Source: a virus (taxonomy: Duplodnaviria > Caudoviricetes). From it: DNA of 27,741 nucleotides. Position numbers and translations under genes: made by a program. Under the pieces are notes generated by a model. It had not been told where the DNA came from. It ran no database searches and worked only from the letters and a program-made list of their open reading frames with translations. Below, piece by piece: positions 14,467 through 23,699 of this stretch; within the stretch, counting starts at the first letter, position 1; the number at the start of each line of letters is the position of its first letter. The stretch covers positions 1 to 27,741 of the IMG/VR virus record IMGVR_UViG_3300009684_001214, one strand, 5' to 3'.

Positions 14467-16429
14467 GGCAATAATTGAAGTAGCAAAGATACAGGTCAGA
14501 CGTGGGCAAGAGCTTCAAACAGGTATTCCACGATTAGATCCTGGAGAATTTGGATGGGCAGAAGATACTGAAAACCTGTATATTGGTAAAAGAATTGCAG
14601 AAGGTGCCGCCGATGACAACAATAGTCGTATATTGACCAATAACGATCTAGACAATATATTCTCTTTGATTGGCAGTTCGGTAACTAATGCCATTTCTTA
14701 CAAATATAGAGAAGATGTAAGTTATATATCTCATGCGGTATCAAGAAAAATACAATCAAGATTAGATGATGAAGTAAGTCTAGCATCATTTGGAGTTAAG
14801 CCTAGTTTTACAGCCACTGATATTACACTAGAATTCCAAAATGCTATTAATGATTTGTTTTACAATCAAGCATGGAATTCTTTTGAGCGCAGCGATGCAA
14901 GACGTGCATTAATTATTCCAGCTGGTAATTATCTTATTAACGGTGCAATATCACTACCACCTTACACCACATTAATAGGGCAAGGACAAGATATAACTAT
15001 ATTGACATTAACTTCATCTAATACCAATATGTTTGAAACAATGGATGCTATGGGGAATAGTATCTCAAAAATCAATAATACTTCTAATGCAGCAGCCAAC
15101 ATCAGTAATATGCAATCCGGTATAAAGAGAGCTAGAGATGTTACTATTCAAGGTATGACATTGCAGTATTCATCTAGCACAATTGCAGTTAACACAAATT
15201 CATTAATTTCTCTAGATAATGTTTTAAATGCCAATATAAAATCTGTATCTTTTAAAACTGATTATAATAGAGCATCTACTACAACATACGGGCTAGTTAC
15301 TGGCAGTAGCAAAGGTATATCTATACACGGTACAGGCGGCAGTGTAAATGGGTCAATGGCTACAAATCTATGTGTAGATATCTCCATTGATGAGTGCCAA
15401 TTTGATAGCTTGGTTACTGGAGTTGTTGCAACTGGTGTAGTTGTTAGACCTGTAATTACCAACAGTATGTTGAATAATTTGGGTCGCGGCATTGTCATGC
15501 AGGCCGACGGTGTTGGTGTTGCACCAACCAATGGTGTTTTTAGATCTAATAGAGTTGAAAATGTTGTTGCAGAAGGAATTTACGCTAGCACTAGCACAAA
15601 TATGACTAACCATATTAGTGAAAATAATTATTTTGTAAATGTTGCTAATGGTCCTGGTCTTGATGATTTTGTTACATCCTCAACTGGTGCAACATCTGTA
15701 ATTAAGTTCTTTTCTAATGGTAATACCTCTATAAATGACTACTTCAATAGAAAGACCATTGCGGATAATACTACCAATCCTAATTTTTATTATAATCCAT
15801 TAATAGCTGGCCGTGTAGCAGTCAATAATAACACTGCGGTAACAACTCAAACAGCAGTTGTGACCACTGCCAGTGTTATGAAAATTGGTCTTAATGGGCA
15901 AGATCAAATGCTATCTATACGTTATCAATTAACCAATAGTGGAGTATCTAGAAAAGGTAATTTAATATTAAACATTGCTAGGGACGGATATTCATCAATT
16001 ACAGATACTTACAATTATATTATCGATACAGCTACTGTTTCGCCTAACACCACTGATATGGCTGCAAATATAAGTCTGTCTGGTAGTGATAGCTTGGTTG
16101 TTAGTGGGCCAAATGCTGTATTAAATGCATTAGTTGGTAGTCCTGATGGATATTACATAACTGGAAATGACGTATATAGAAACTTGTCGGGGTATGTGAA
16201 TAAGATTGAAGCTGTATCCAATGGATACAAGATAACTACAAATTCTGCAAGTCCACAGTTTGATTACACCACACCTAGTGAACTGTATACCTTGGTACAA
16301 GCTGGTAGCAATAATTCATATTTTGTTACAGATGAATCCCAAGTGTTTGATAAAAATTATGTAAAATTAGCAGTACAAGGTAATACAACTGTTACCAACA
16401 TTGAATACCAAATAGACATTTTAACCTAA
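14465..16429 (+). CDS. Tail/baseplate-associated protein with Mtd-N-like N-terminus and pectin-lyase-like beta-helix
   Basis: KIQVRRG...LDPGEFGWAEDT..LYIG N-terminal motif; VSLASFGV...LIIPAGNYLI...TTLIGQG entry into an Asn-rich beta-helix. Confidence 0.75.
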   Translation: MAIIEVAKIQVRRGQELQTGIPRLDPGEFGWAEDTENLYIGKRIAEGAADDNNSRILTNNDLDNIFSLIGSSVTNAISYKYREDVSYISHAVSRKIQSRLDDEVSLASFGVKPSFTATDITLEFQNAINDLFYNQAWNSFERSDARRALIIPAGNYLINGAISLPPYTTLIGQGQDITILTLTSSNTNMFETMDAMGNSISKINNTSNAAANISNMQSGIKRARDVTIQGMTLQYSSSTIAVNTNSLISLDNVLNANIKSVSFKTDYNRASTTTYGLVTGSSKGISIHGTGGSVNGSMATNLCVDISIDECQFDSLVTGVVATGVVVRPVITNSMLNNLGRGIVMQADGVGVAPTNGVFRSNRVENVVAEGIYASTSTNMTNHISENNYFVNVANGPGLDDFVTSSTGATSVIKFFSNGNTSINDYFNRKTIADNTTNPNFYYNPLIAGRVAVNNNTAVTTQTAVVTTASVMKIGLNGQDQMLSIRYQLTNSGVSRKGNLILNIARDGYSSITDTYNYIIDTATVSPNTTDMAANISLSGSDSLVVSGPNAVLNALVGSPDGYYITGNDVYRNLSGYVNKIEAVSNGYKITTNSASPQFDYTTPSELYTLVQAGSNNSYFVTDESQVFDKNYVKLAVQGNTTVTNIEYQIDILT

Positions 16430-16436
16430 AATAGAT

Positions 16437-16871
16437 ATGTTTAAATTACCAATTGACGACAGACTGTCGTCGTGGGCCACTCATCGCGCCCACTTGACCA
16501 CTAGCGACAATGCATTGATGGATACATGGCAATTCTGGAAATCTGCGCCATTTACTCCCTACAATAATAAAATTGATCCATACCACAAACAGAGTTGGCC
16601 CAGCCCCTGGGAAATCATTGTTGAAAATTGTTACGATGACTTTACCAAGACCGTTATGATTGCTTGGACATTGAAATTGACTGAAAAGTTTAAAGAATCT
16701 AAAATTGAGATCAAAACTTTCATAGACAACGACAAATCTAAGCAGTATAATGTAGTATGTGTTGACGAACAATGGGCGATCAATTATAGTGACCTAGGAC
16801 CAGTTCCACTGGCAGAGTTGCCAGATTCACTACTATTGGAAAATATAATCGAAATTGATTTACCAAGGTAA
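16437..16871 (+). CDS. Hypothetical protein
   Basis: 144-aa ORF, Trp-rich (WPSPWEII), tightly packed. Confidence 0.75.
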   Translation: MFKLPIDDRLSSWATHRAHLTTSDNALMDTWQFWKSAPFTPYNNKIDPYHKQSWPSPWEIIVENCYDDFTKTVMIAWTLKLTEKFKESKIEIKTFIDNDKSKQYNVVCVDEQWAINYSDLGPVPLAELPDSLLLENIIEIDLPR

Positions 16872-16903
16872 ATATTTTTCAACACACATAACAAGGTTTT
16901 CTA

Positions 16904-19240
16904 ATGACAATGATCAACGTGATCAAACGAGATGGGGTCAAAGTGCCCTTAGATATTTCTAAAATACAAAGACAAGTAGCTCATGCTTGCAGCGGTATAG
17001 ACGGGGTTAGTCCCAGTATGATTGAGATCAAAGCGCAAATAGAATTGCACGATGGCATGAGCACAAAAACTATAGACGAGCTCTTGCTCAAGGCCATGGT
17101 TAACCTAATTGATGAAAGTGAAAACCCCGAAATCAATAATGTCAACTATCAATTTGTAGCAGGTAGACAGCGTGTGTCTATGTTACGTAAAGAAGTCTAC
17201 GATAGTTATACACCTCCTAAACTCTACAGCATTGTAAAACGTAACATAGAACGTGGTATGTATACTCCAGAATTACTGGAGTGGTATACAGAAGATGAGT
17301 GGAATATCATTGACTTGTTTATTGATCATGACAAGGATGAAAAATATACCTATGCTGCTATTGCACAACTTACTGAAAAGTACCTGGTACAAAATCGTGC
17401 CACTGGCGAAGTATTTGAGACTCCACAAGTTCGTTACGCTATCGCCGCTGCCACTGCATTTCATAACGAGCCAAAAGAAACAAGGTTAAAATGGGTCAAG
17501 GAATATTACGAGTGTGGAAGTGATGGACACTTTACCTTGGCCACTCCAGTCTTGGCCGGTCTAGGAACTACCACTAGACAATTCAGCTCATGTGTACTGA
17601 TAAGTGCAGATGACACTCTTGACAGTATCTTTGCTAGCGGCGAAATGATGGCCAAATATGCCTCAAAACGAGCCGGAATTGGCCTAGAAATTGGTAGAAT
17701 TCGCCCGTTAGGTGCACCAATTCGCAATGGTGAAATCAAACACACGGGTATGATACCCTTTCTTAAAAAATGGTTTGCAGATTTGAGATCATGCAGTCAG
17801 GGCGGAATTCGTAATGCGTCATGCACAGTAACTTTCCCCATTTGGCATTATCAGTTCGAAGATCTTATTGTATTAAAAAACAATCAAGGCACTGATGAAA
17901 CTCGTGTACGCCAAATGGATTACTCAGTAGTGGTCAATAGAATGTTTTGGAATCGTTACAAGCGTGGCGAAACAATGAGCCTGTTTGATCCGCACGATGT
18001 TCCAGACCTATACGAAGCCTACTATCGCAGCACGGAAGAATTTGAAGCACTATACTTGAACTATGAGAAGCATCCGACAATTAAAAAGAAAATCGTATCG
18101 GCAGATGAGATATTCAAAAATGGAATCCTTAAAGAAAGGACTGATACTGGGCGCATATATCTTGTCAACATCGACAACGTCATCGCACAAGGTCCGTTTG
18201 ACACAACTCTTGATCCCATATATCAATCAAACCTATGCCAGGAGATACTTTTACCCACCCGTCCTTTCCAAAGAATTGAAGACCCAGATGGGCGCATTGC
18301 TCTTTGTACTCTTGGCAGCATAAACTGGGGTGCATTTCGTAACCCGCAAGAAATGCGTAAGGCTTGCAGAGTTCTAGTACGCAGTCTGAGTAATTTGTTA
18401 AGCTATCAAGATTTCTTAAGCATTCAAAGTAAACTGGCCAATGATGAATTTGAACCACTAGGTGTGGGCATTACTAATCTAGCCTACTGGCATGCACGTA
18501 AGAGTTTTAAATACGGTGAACCGGAAGCACTTGCAGAAGTCAAGCGTTGGATGGAACATCAAGCATTTTACCTAACAGAAACCAGTGTCGAGCTTGCCCA
18601 AGAACGTGGCGCCTGCAAACGTAGTGAATTTACTTACTATGGCAAGGGTGTATTTCCTTGGGAACGTCGTGCAGCAGGTAGTAACGAACTAACTGACTTT
18701 ACACCTAGCCTAGATTGGGAACCATTACGTGCTCGTATAATCAAGTATGGTATTCGTAATGCCACCTTAATGGCCGTGGCACCGGTTGAGTCCAGCTCAG
18801 TTGTACTTAACAGTACTAACGGAATTGAAATGCCAATGGAACTTATTAGTGTCAAGGAATCAAAAGCCGGATCATTTGTACAAGTAGTGCCAGAATACAG
18901 ACGATTAAAGAATCGTTACCAACTTATGTGGGATCAAAAAGACTGTGTTGACTATCTCAAAACCAGTGCAGTGTTAGCAGTATACATCGATCAAAGTCTA
19001 AGTACCAATACATTCTACAGTCCCAAGCATTTTAAAGATGGTAAGGTTCCCGGGACATTGATTGCCAAGAACTTGATGTTAGCATACAAGTGGGGCTTGA
19101 AAACGATTTATTATAGTCTCATAGACAAGGTTGGGAGTAAGAATATATTGACTACTCAAAGTGATAGATTGATTACGGCAGAACCTGTTGCAATATATAC
19201 TGAACCAGAGGATGAGGATTGTTTGGCCTGTAAGTTATGA
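16904..19240 (+). CDS. nrdA: Ribonucleoside-diphosphate reductase class Ia alpha subunit with ATP cone
   Basis: VIKRDG ATP cone, FSSC, SNLCQEI (N-x-C-x-E), ALCTL, KTIYY and C-terminal CLAC; GTAAATA at 16868-16874 upstream. Confidence 0.97.
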   Translation: MTMINVIKRDGVKVPLDISKIQRQVAHACSGIDGVSPSMIEIKAQIELHDGMSTKTIDELLLKAMVNLIDESENPEINNVNYQFVAGRQRVSMLRKEVYDSYTPPKLYSIVKRNIERGMYTPELLEWYTEDEWNIIDLFIDHDKDEKYTYAAIAQLTEKYLVQNRATGEVFETPQVRYAIAAATAFHNEPKETRLKWVKEYYECGSDGHFTLATPVLAGLGTTTRQFSSCVLISADDTLDSIFASGEMMAKYASKRAGIGLEIGRIRPLGAPIRNGEIKHTGMIPFLKKWFADLRSCSQGGIRNASCTVTFPIWHYQFEDLIVLKNNQGTDETRVRQMDYSVVVNRMFWNRYKRGETMSLFDPHDVPDLYEAYYRSTEEFEALYLNYEKHPTIKKKIVSADEIFKNGILKERTDTGRIYLVNIDNVIAQGPFDTTLDPIYQSNLCQEILLPTRPFQRIEDPDGRIALCTLGSINWGAFRNPQEMRKACRVLVRSLSNLLSYQDFLSIQSKLANDEFEPLGVGITNLAYWHARKSFKYGEPEALAEVKRWMEHQAFYLTETSVELAQERGACKRSEFTYYGKGVFPWERRAAGSNELTDFTPSLDWEPLRARIIKYGIRNATLMAVAPVESSSVVLNSTNGIEMPMELISVKESKAGSFVQVVPEYRRLKNRYQLMWDQKDCVDYLKTSAVLAVYIDQSLSTNTFYSPKHFKDGKVPGTLIAKNLMLAYKWGLKTIYYSLIDKVGSKNILTTQSDRLITAEPVAIYTEPEDEDCLACKL

Positions 19241-19785
19241 CCTATAGTTTTATTAAATCAATCCTTAACGAGGAACAACAGTCAGGCGAGAAACTCAAGC
19301 AGATCAAACTGCCATATGCTCGCGGTGACTTAGATCCTGCTATATCAGAAGATACCATCAACTACCATTATGGTAAGTTGTATAAAGGATATGTGGATCG
19401 TTACAACAGTAAAGAAGGTGATGCTGATTTTAATGAAGCCGGTGCATTCTTACACAGCATCTTGTTTGCGCAGTATCAAGCACCCGCACAAAAGAATGAG
19501 CCCACTGGTGCTATTGCAGAATTTATCAACAAACACTACAGTGGTGGATTCAAAGAGTTTAAAGAACAATTTGAAAAAGCAGCTATGGCGATACAAGGAA
19601 GCGGTTGGGTCTATTTGGCCAAGAACGGACAGGTAAAAACAATTAAGAATCATCAAATCAAGAGTGATATTGTATTGTTAGTTGATTGGTGGGAACACTC
19701 GTGGGCCTTGGACTATCAAGCAGACAAGAAAAAGTATTTAGAGAACCAGTGGAAAATTATCAACTGGGCAAACATAACAGTTTAA
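19237..19785 (+). CDS. sod: Fe/Mn superoxide dismutase
   Basis: LPYARGDLDPAISEDTINYHY, FLH, GSGWVYL and DWWEH retain the four metal ligands (His, His, Asp, His). Confidence 0.9.
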   Translation: MTYSFIKSILNEEQQSGEKLKQIKLPYARGDLDPAISEDTINYHYGKLYKGYVDRYNSKEGDADFNEAGAFLHSILFAQYQAPAQKNEPTGAIAEFINKHYSGGFKEFKEQFEKAAMAIQGSGWVYLAKNGQVKTIKNHQIKSDIVLLVDWWEHSWALDYQADKKKYLENQWKIINWANITV

Positions 19786-19793
19786 GGAATAAT

Positions 19794-20894
19794 ATGTCAA
19801 AAGAACAATATAATCTATCAAAGCAAACAAACTATCTAAAACGCAAGATGTTTCTAGACCCAGCTGGGCCAGTGACTGTACAACGGTTTGAAGAATTTAA
19901 GTATCCCAAGATTGCTAAATTTGAAGAACTGGCTCGTGGCTTCTTTTGGGTGCCAGAAGAAATTAGTCTCACTAAAGACAAGATAGATCACAAGGATTCA
20001 AGTGATGCAGTCAAGCACATTTTCACCAGCAACTTATTGCGTCAAACAGCCCTGGATAGTATTCAAGGCCGTGCTCCTAATCAAGTGTTTAGTCCTGTTA
20101 TCAGTCTGCCTGAATTAGAAGCACTAGTAAGTAACTGGAGTTTCTTTGAAACTAACATTCACAGCAAGAGCTATAGTCACATTATTCGCAATGTGTATGG
20201 TGTGCCCAAGGACGAGTTCAACAAGATACATGATACAAAAGAAATTGTAGACATGGCTGCAAGCATTGGAAGATATTATGAAGCATTACACGTTCTTAAC
20301 TGCCGCAAGGAATGTGGTGAGGAAATTGACACCCGTACACACAAGAAGGCAATTTGGTTGGCACTACATGCCAGCTACGCACTTGAAGCATTCCGTTTCA
20401 TGGTGTCATTTGCTACCAGTCTTGCCATGGTGGAGAACAAGATCTATATTGGTAACGGCAATATCATCTCTTTGATTCTACAGGATGAATTACTACATGC
20501 AGAGTGGACTGCATGGATTATCAATAATGTTGTAAAAGATGATCAAGACTTTGCCAACTTGGTTGACGAATGCCGCGAAGAAGTATATGCTATGTATATG
20601 GAAGTTATTTCAGAAGAAAAAGCATGGGCAGACTATTTGTTCAAGAAGGGCCCTGTTATTGGACTTAATGCAGCTATCCTTAAAGACTTTGTGGATCACA
20701 CAGCATTTACTCGCTTAAAGGATATTGGAATCAAGTACGCCGAAGACCACCCACGTAGCAGTCCTATCCCATGGTTCAATAAACATATACAATTAAACAA
20801 AAAACAGTCAGCCCTTCAGGAGACGGAGTCTACTTCTTATGTTATTGGAGCAATGTCTGATAGCGTCAACTATGAAGAACTTCCAGATCTATAA
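19794..20894 (+). CDS. nrdB: Ribonucleotide reductase class Ia beta subunit; start re-assigned to ATG 19794
   Basis: FFWVPEEI, LDSIQ, ETNIHSKSY (radical Tyr), LEAFRF and DELLH; AAGGA RBS before ATG 19794. Confidence 0.96.
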   Translation: MSKEQYNLSKQTNYLKRKMFLDPAGPVTVQRFEEFKYPKIAKFEELARGFFWVPEEISLTKDKIDHKDSSDAVKHIFTSNLLRQTALDSIQGRAPNQVFSPVISLPELEALVSNWSFFETNIHSKSYSHIIRNVYGVPKDEFNKIHDTKEIVDMAASIGRYYEALHVLNCRKECGEEIDTRTHKKAIWLALHASYALEAFRFMVSFATSLAMVENKIYIGNGNIISLILQDELLHAEWTAWIINNVVKDDQDFANLVDECREEVYAMYMEVISEEKAWADYLFKKGPVIGLNAAILKDFVDHTAFTRLKDIGIKYAEDHPRSSPIPWFNKHIQLNKKQSALQETESTSYVIGAMSDSVNYEELPDL

Positions 20895-20910
20895 GGAAAA
20901 ATAAAATAAA

Positions 20911-21147
20911 ATGAAAGCTATTATCTGGTCAAAATATAATTGTAATCAATGCGACCAAGCCAAGGCATTGCTAAAACAAAAAGGATATGTCATTGAAGAA
21001 CGCAAGATTGGCGATGGATATACTCGAGAAGAACTGTTAGAAGCAGTGCCCAATGCTCGCAGCGTTCCACAAATTTTCATCGAGGATGAATTAGTTGGTG
21101 GATTTACAGAATTACAAAAGTATATCAAGGAGCAAGTAAATGAATGA
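20911..21147 (+). CDS. Glutaredoxin (phage NrdC-like)
   Basis: CNQC active site, SVPQIF and VGGF motifs; follows nrdB. Confidence 0.93.
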   Translation: MKAIIWSKYNCNQCDQAKALLKQKGYVIEERKIGDGYTREELLEAVPNARSVPQIFIEDELVGGFTELQKYIKEQVNE

Positions 21148-21526
21148 TGATTTTGATATTTTTGCAAAACCGCTGGACGATTGGAGCACTACCTACTCTA
21201 TTGACACTTCATCAACCTCGTCTTTGTATAATACTATAATTGGTCCATATCCTAGTTTCAATGTAGGAGCAGTTGGATCATCGTATACTACAAACTCCAC
21301 TGGCTTCAATGGAACAGGCTTCTCTAGTGATCTGCAGGTCAAAGGTTCTGCAAATTTTGACGGCAACGTTACTATCAAAGGTGTTGACCTTGTCAAACTG
21401 TTAGAAACTATTCAAGACAGATTGGCAATACTTGTACCTGATCCTGAGAAATTGGAAAAATACCAGGCATTGAAAAAAGCCTACGATCACTACAAATTAT
21501 TGGAGACTTTGGTAAAAGAGGATTAG
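21140..21526 (+). CDS. Hypothetical protein
   Basis: AAGGAG RBS; Ser/Thr-rich N-terminal half and helical C-terminal half. Confidence 0.75.
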   Translation: MNDDFDIFAKPLDDWSTTYSIDTSSTSSLYNTIIGPYPSFNVGAVGSSYTTNSTGFNGTGFSSDLQVKGSANFDGNVTIKGVDLVKLLETIQDRLAILVPDPEKLEKYQALKKAYDHYKLLETLVKED

Positions 21527-21934
21527 ATGACAACTAAAAAATTATGGGATAGCATAGATGGTGCTGCATTAAAAAGTTTGCCTAATGCAGCAAAAGGTTA
21601 CGAACAAAGGATCGTTATACCAGAATTTACATTCTTAGGTGTGCATGATCAACCCGACTTTGGAGTAATCACCATTTGGTATTATGGCAAGGATAGAACT
21701 ATTGAATTAAAGAGTTTGAAAGAATACTTATTTCAATATAGAGATACTGTAATCAGTTACGAACGTTGTTTGGATGTGTTTTACAAACACCTGATCAGTG
21801 CTTACGAACCAGACCGTGTACGTATAGAAATTGATTTTAGACCAAGAGGTGGTATTTCAAGTCGATTAACAGTTGATAGCGATTGGGGACACTTAGGTGG
21901 AACTGATCAATATTGGCAACATCATAAAAATTAA
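21527..21934 (+). CDS. queF: QueF (preQ0 reductase) type-I homologue lacking the catalytic cysteine
   Basis: PEFT, QPDF, IELKSLKEYL (QueF motif), SYE and FRPRGGIS all match unimodular QueF; EFTFLGVHDQPD replaces EFTSLCPxTGQPD. Confidence 0.85.
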   Translation: MTTKKLWDSIDGAALKSLPNAAKGYEQRIVIPEFTFLGVHDQPDFGVITIWYYGKDRTIELKSLKEYLFQYRDTVISYERCLDVFYKHLISAYEPDRVRIEIDFRPRGGISSRLTVDSDWGHLGGTDQYWQHHKN

Positions 21935-21940
21935 AGAAAA

Positions 21941-23227
21941 ATGGATTATAAAATTAAAGACATATCCCTGGCTGCATGGGGACACAAAGAAATAGCAGTG
22001 GCAGAATCAGAAATGCCAGGCCTAATGACTATCTTGAAAGAATATCAAGCCAGTCAACCTCTAGCAGGTGCTCGTATTGTAGGTTCACTACACATGACTA
22101 TTCAAACTGCTGTGCTGGTCAAAGTGCTAGTGGCTCTTGGTGCAAGTGTTCGTTGGAGTAGCTGCAATATTTTCTCAACACAGGATCATGCTGCTGCGGC
22201 CATTGCCGATCTAGGTATTCCGGTGTTTGCTTGGAAAGGCGAAACTGAAGAAGAATACTGGTGGTGTATTGAACAAACAGTACGTGGTCCAGATGGCTGG
22301 GAACCAAACATGATTCTTGATGACGGACATGACTTGACCTGGTGGATTCACGATCGACATCCTGATCTGCTTGATGGTATTCGTGGTGTCAGTGAAGAAA
22401 CTACTACAGGTATATATAGAATTAAAGAAGCTATTGCAGCAGGTACATTTAAACTACGTGCATTCAATGTCAACGATAGCGTTACCAAGACCAAGTTTGA
22501 CAACCTGTATGGTTGCCGGGAAAGTCTAGTTGATGGTATCAAACGTGCAACTGACGTAATGATTGCCGGTAAGGTTGCAGTTGTTGCCGGCTACGGTGAC
22601 GTAGGCAAAGGTTCTGCACAGGCCCTGCGAGCATTGAGCGCACAGGTCTGGGTTACTGAAGCTGATCCAATCTGTGCCCTACAGGCTGCTATGGAAGGCT
22701 ATCGTGTTGTCACCATGGACTATGCCGCTGACAAGGCTGATATCTTTGTAACTGCTACAGGTAACATCAATGTTATTACTAGAGCACACATGGAACAGAT
22801 GAAAGATCAAAGCATTGTTTGTAACATTGGACACTTTGATAATGAGATTGATGTAGCAGCCCTGGCCGACTGTGAGTGGGACGAAATCAAGCCACAAGTG
22901 GATCACGTTATCTTCCCCAGTGGTAAGCGTATTATCCTATTGGCCAAAGGTCGCTTGGTAAATCTTGGTTGCGGTACAGGACATCCTAGTTTTGTAATGA
23001 GCAACAGTTTTACCAATCAAGTTCTAGCACAAATGGAACTATGGAATCATAGCGACCGGTACAACGTAGGTGAGTTATATATCCTACCCAAACATCTAGA
23101 TGAAAAAGTTGCCAGTTTGCACTTGAGTAAAATTGGTGCCGAACTGACTCGGCTAACTGACGAACAGGCCAAGTATATCGGTGTTGGGTTAGATGGTCCA
23201 TTCAAGCCAGAAACCTACAGATATTAA
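21941..23227 (+). CDS. ahcY: Adenosylhomocysteinase (SAH hydrolase)
   Basis: [69 protein letters not shown] and C-terminal YRY. Confidence 0.98.
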   Translation: MDYKIKDISLAAWGHKEIAVAESEMPGLMTILKEYQASQPLAGARIVGSLHMTIQTAVLVKVLVALGASVRWSSCNIFSTQDHAAAAIADLGIPVFAWKGETEEEYWWCIEQTVRGPDGWEPNMILDDGHDLTWWIHDRHPDLLDGIRGVSEETTTGIYRIKEAIAAGTFKLRAFNVNDSVTKTKFDNLYGCRESLVDGIKRATDVMIAGKVAVVAGYGDVGKGSAQALRALSAQVWVTEADPICALQAAMEGYRVVTMDYAADKADIFVTATGNINVITRAHMEQMKDQSIVCNIGHFDNEIDVAALADCEWDEIKPQVDHVIFPSGKRIILLAKGRLVNLGCGTGHPSFVMSNSFTNQVLAQMELWNHSDRYNVGELYILPKHLDEKVASLHLSKIGAELTRLTDEQAKYIGVGLDGPFKPETYRY

Positions 23228-23232
23228 GCATC

Positions 23233-23400
23233 ATGGCCATGGATCCAAAAGATAAAAAAATTGCAGATCTAGAACAGCAGGTAAAATTGCTGTTGGCCAA
23301 GACAAGCGAAATAAATAGACAGGTTGATTTACTTGTCAGAGAAAACAACAGACGCAAAAGTGAAATAACACAATTAAGCGCATCAATCAAAAGAGAATAA
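23233..23400 (+). CDS. 55-aa coiled-coil protein missed by the ORF track
   Basis: MAMDPKDKKIADLEQQVKLLLAKTSEINRQVDLLVRENNRRKSEITQLSASIKRE fills the gap between ahcY and 23404; alternative start at 23239. Confidence 0.7.
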   Translation: MAMDPKDKKIADLEQQVKLLLAKTSEINRQVDLLVRENNRRKSEITQLSASIKRE

Positions 23401-23403
23401 AAT

Positions 23404-23691
23404 ATGTTAATGAAAAAACCAATTGTAGCAGGAACAGTAGTAAGTATTAAATTAATCAACGGTGAAGAAATTATCACACGTTATGATGACGAGGATGCAG
23501 ATACAGTCACCATTAATCGCCCATTGGCATTGACCATGAATGGTCAAGGACTAGGTATGATCCCTTGGTTATTCCTAGGTGATCAAGATACATTTCCCAT
23601 TAAGAAGTCACATATCTTTGTCATGGTTATCAGCAAGAAAGAAGCTGCTGATCAATACATGGAAGGCACCACTGGAATTGCCTTGCGTTAA
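23404..23691 (+). CDS. Sm/LSm-like fold small protein
   Basis: GTVVSIKLINGEEII resembles the Sm1 motif (V-x-hydrophobic-x-L-x-N-G-x-x-hydrophobic); all-beta pattern. Confidence 0.6.
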   Translation: MLMKKPIVAGTVVSIKLINGEEIITRYDDEDADTVTINRPLALTMNGQGLGMIPWLFLGDQDTFPIKKSHIFVMVISKKEAADQYMEGTTGIALR

Positions 23692-23699
23692 GCAATAAC

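Noticed and set aside
19686-19793. N-terminal extension of NrdB in the ORF track
   Set aside because: It overlaps the sod coding region; the RBS and homology support ATG 19794.
16904-20894. Intron, intein or homing endonuclease in nrdA/nrdB
   Set aside because: Both genes are uninterrupted and of normal length; the intervening gene is a SOD, not an endonuclease.
21524-21529. In-frame TAG-ATG junction suggesting amber recoding or a fusion to the QueF-like gene
   Set aside because: Conserved genes (nrdA, nrdB, ahcY) have no internal stops, TAG ends other genes at natural domain ends (1210, 8685), and a GAGGA RBS precedes ATG 21527.
21934-21941. SAH riboswitch upstream of ahcY
   Set aside because: Only 6 nt separate ahcY from the upstream gene, and no riboswitch consensus is visible.
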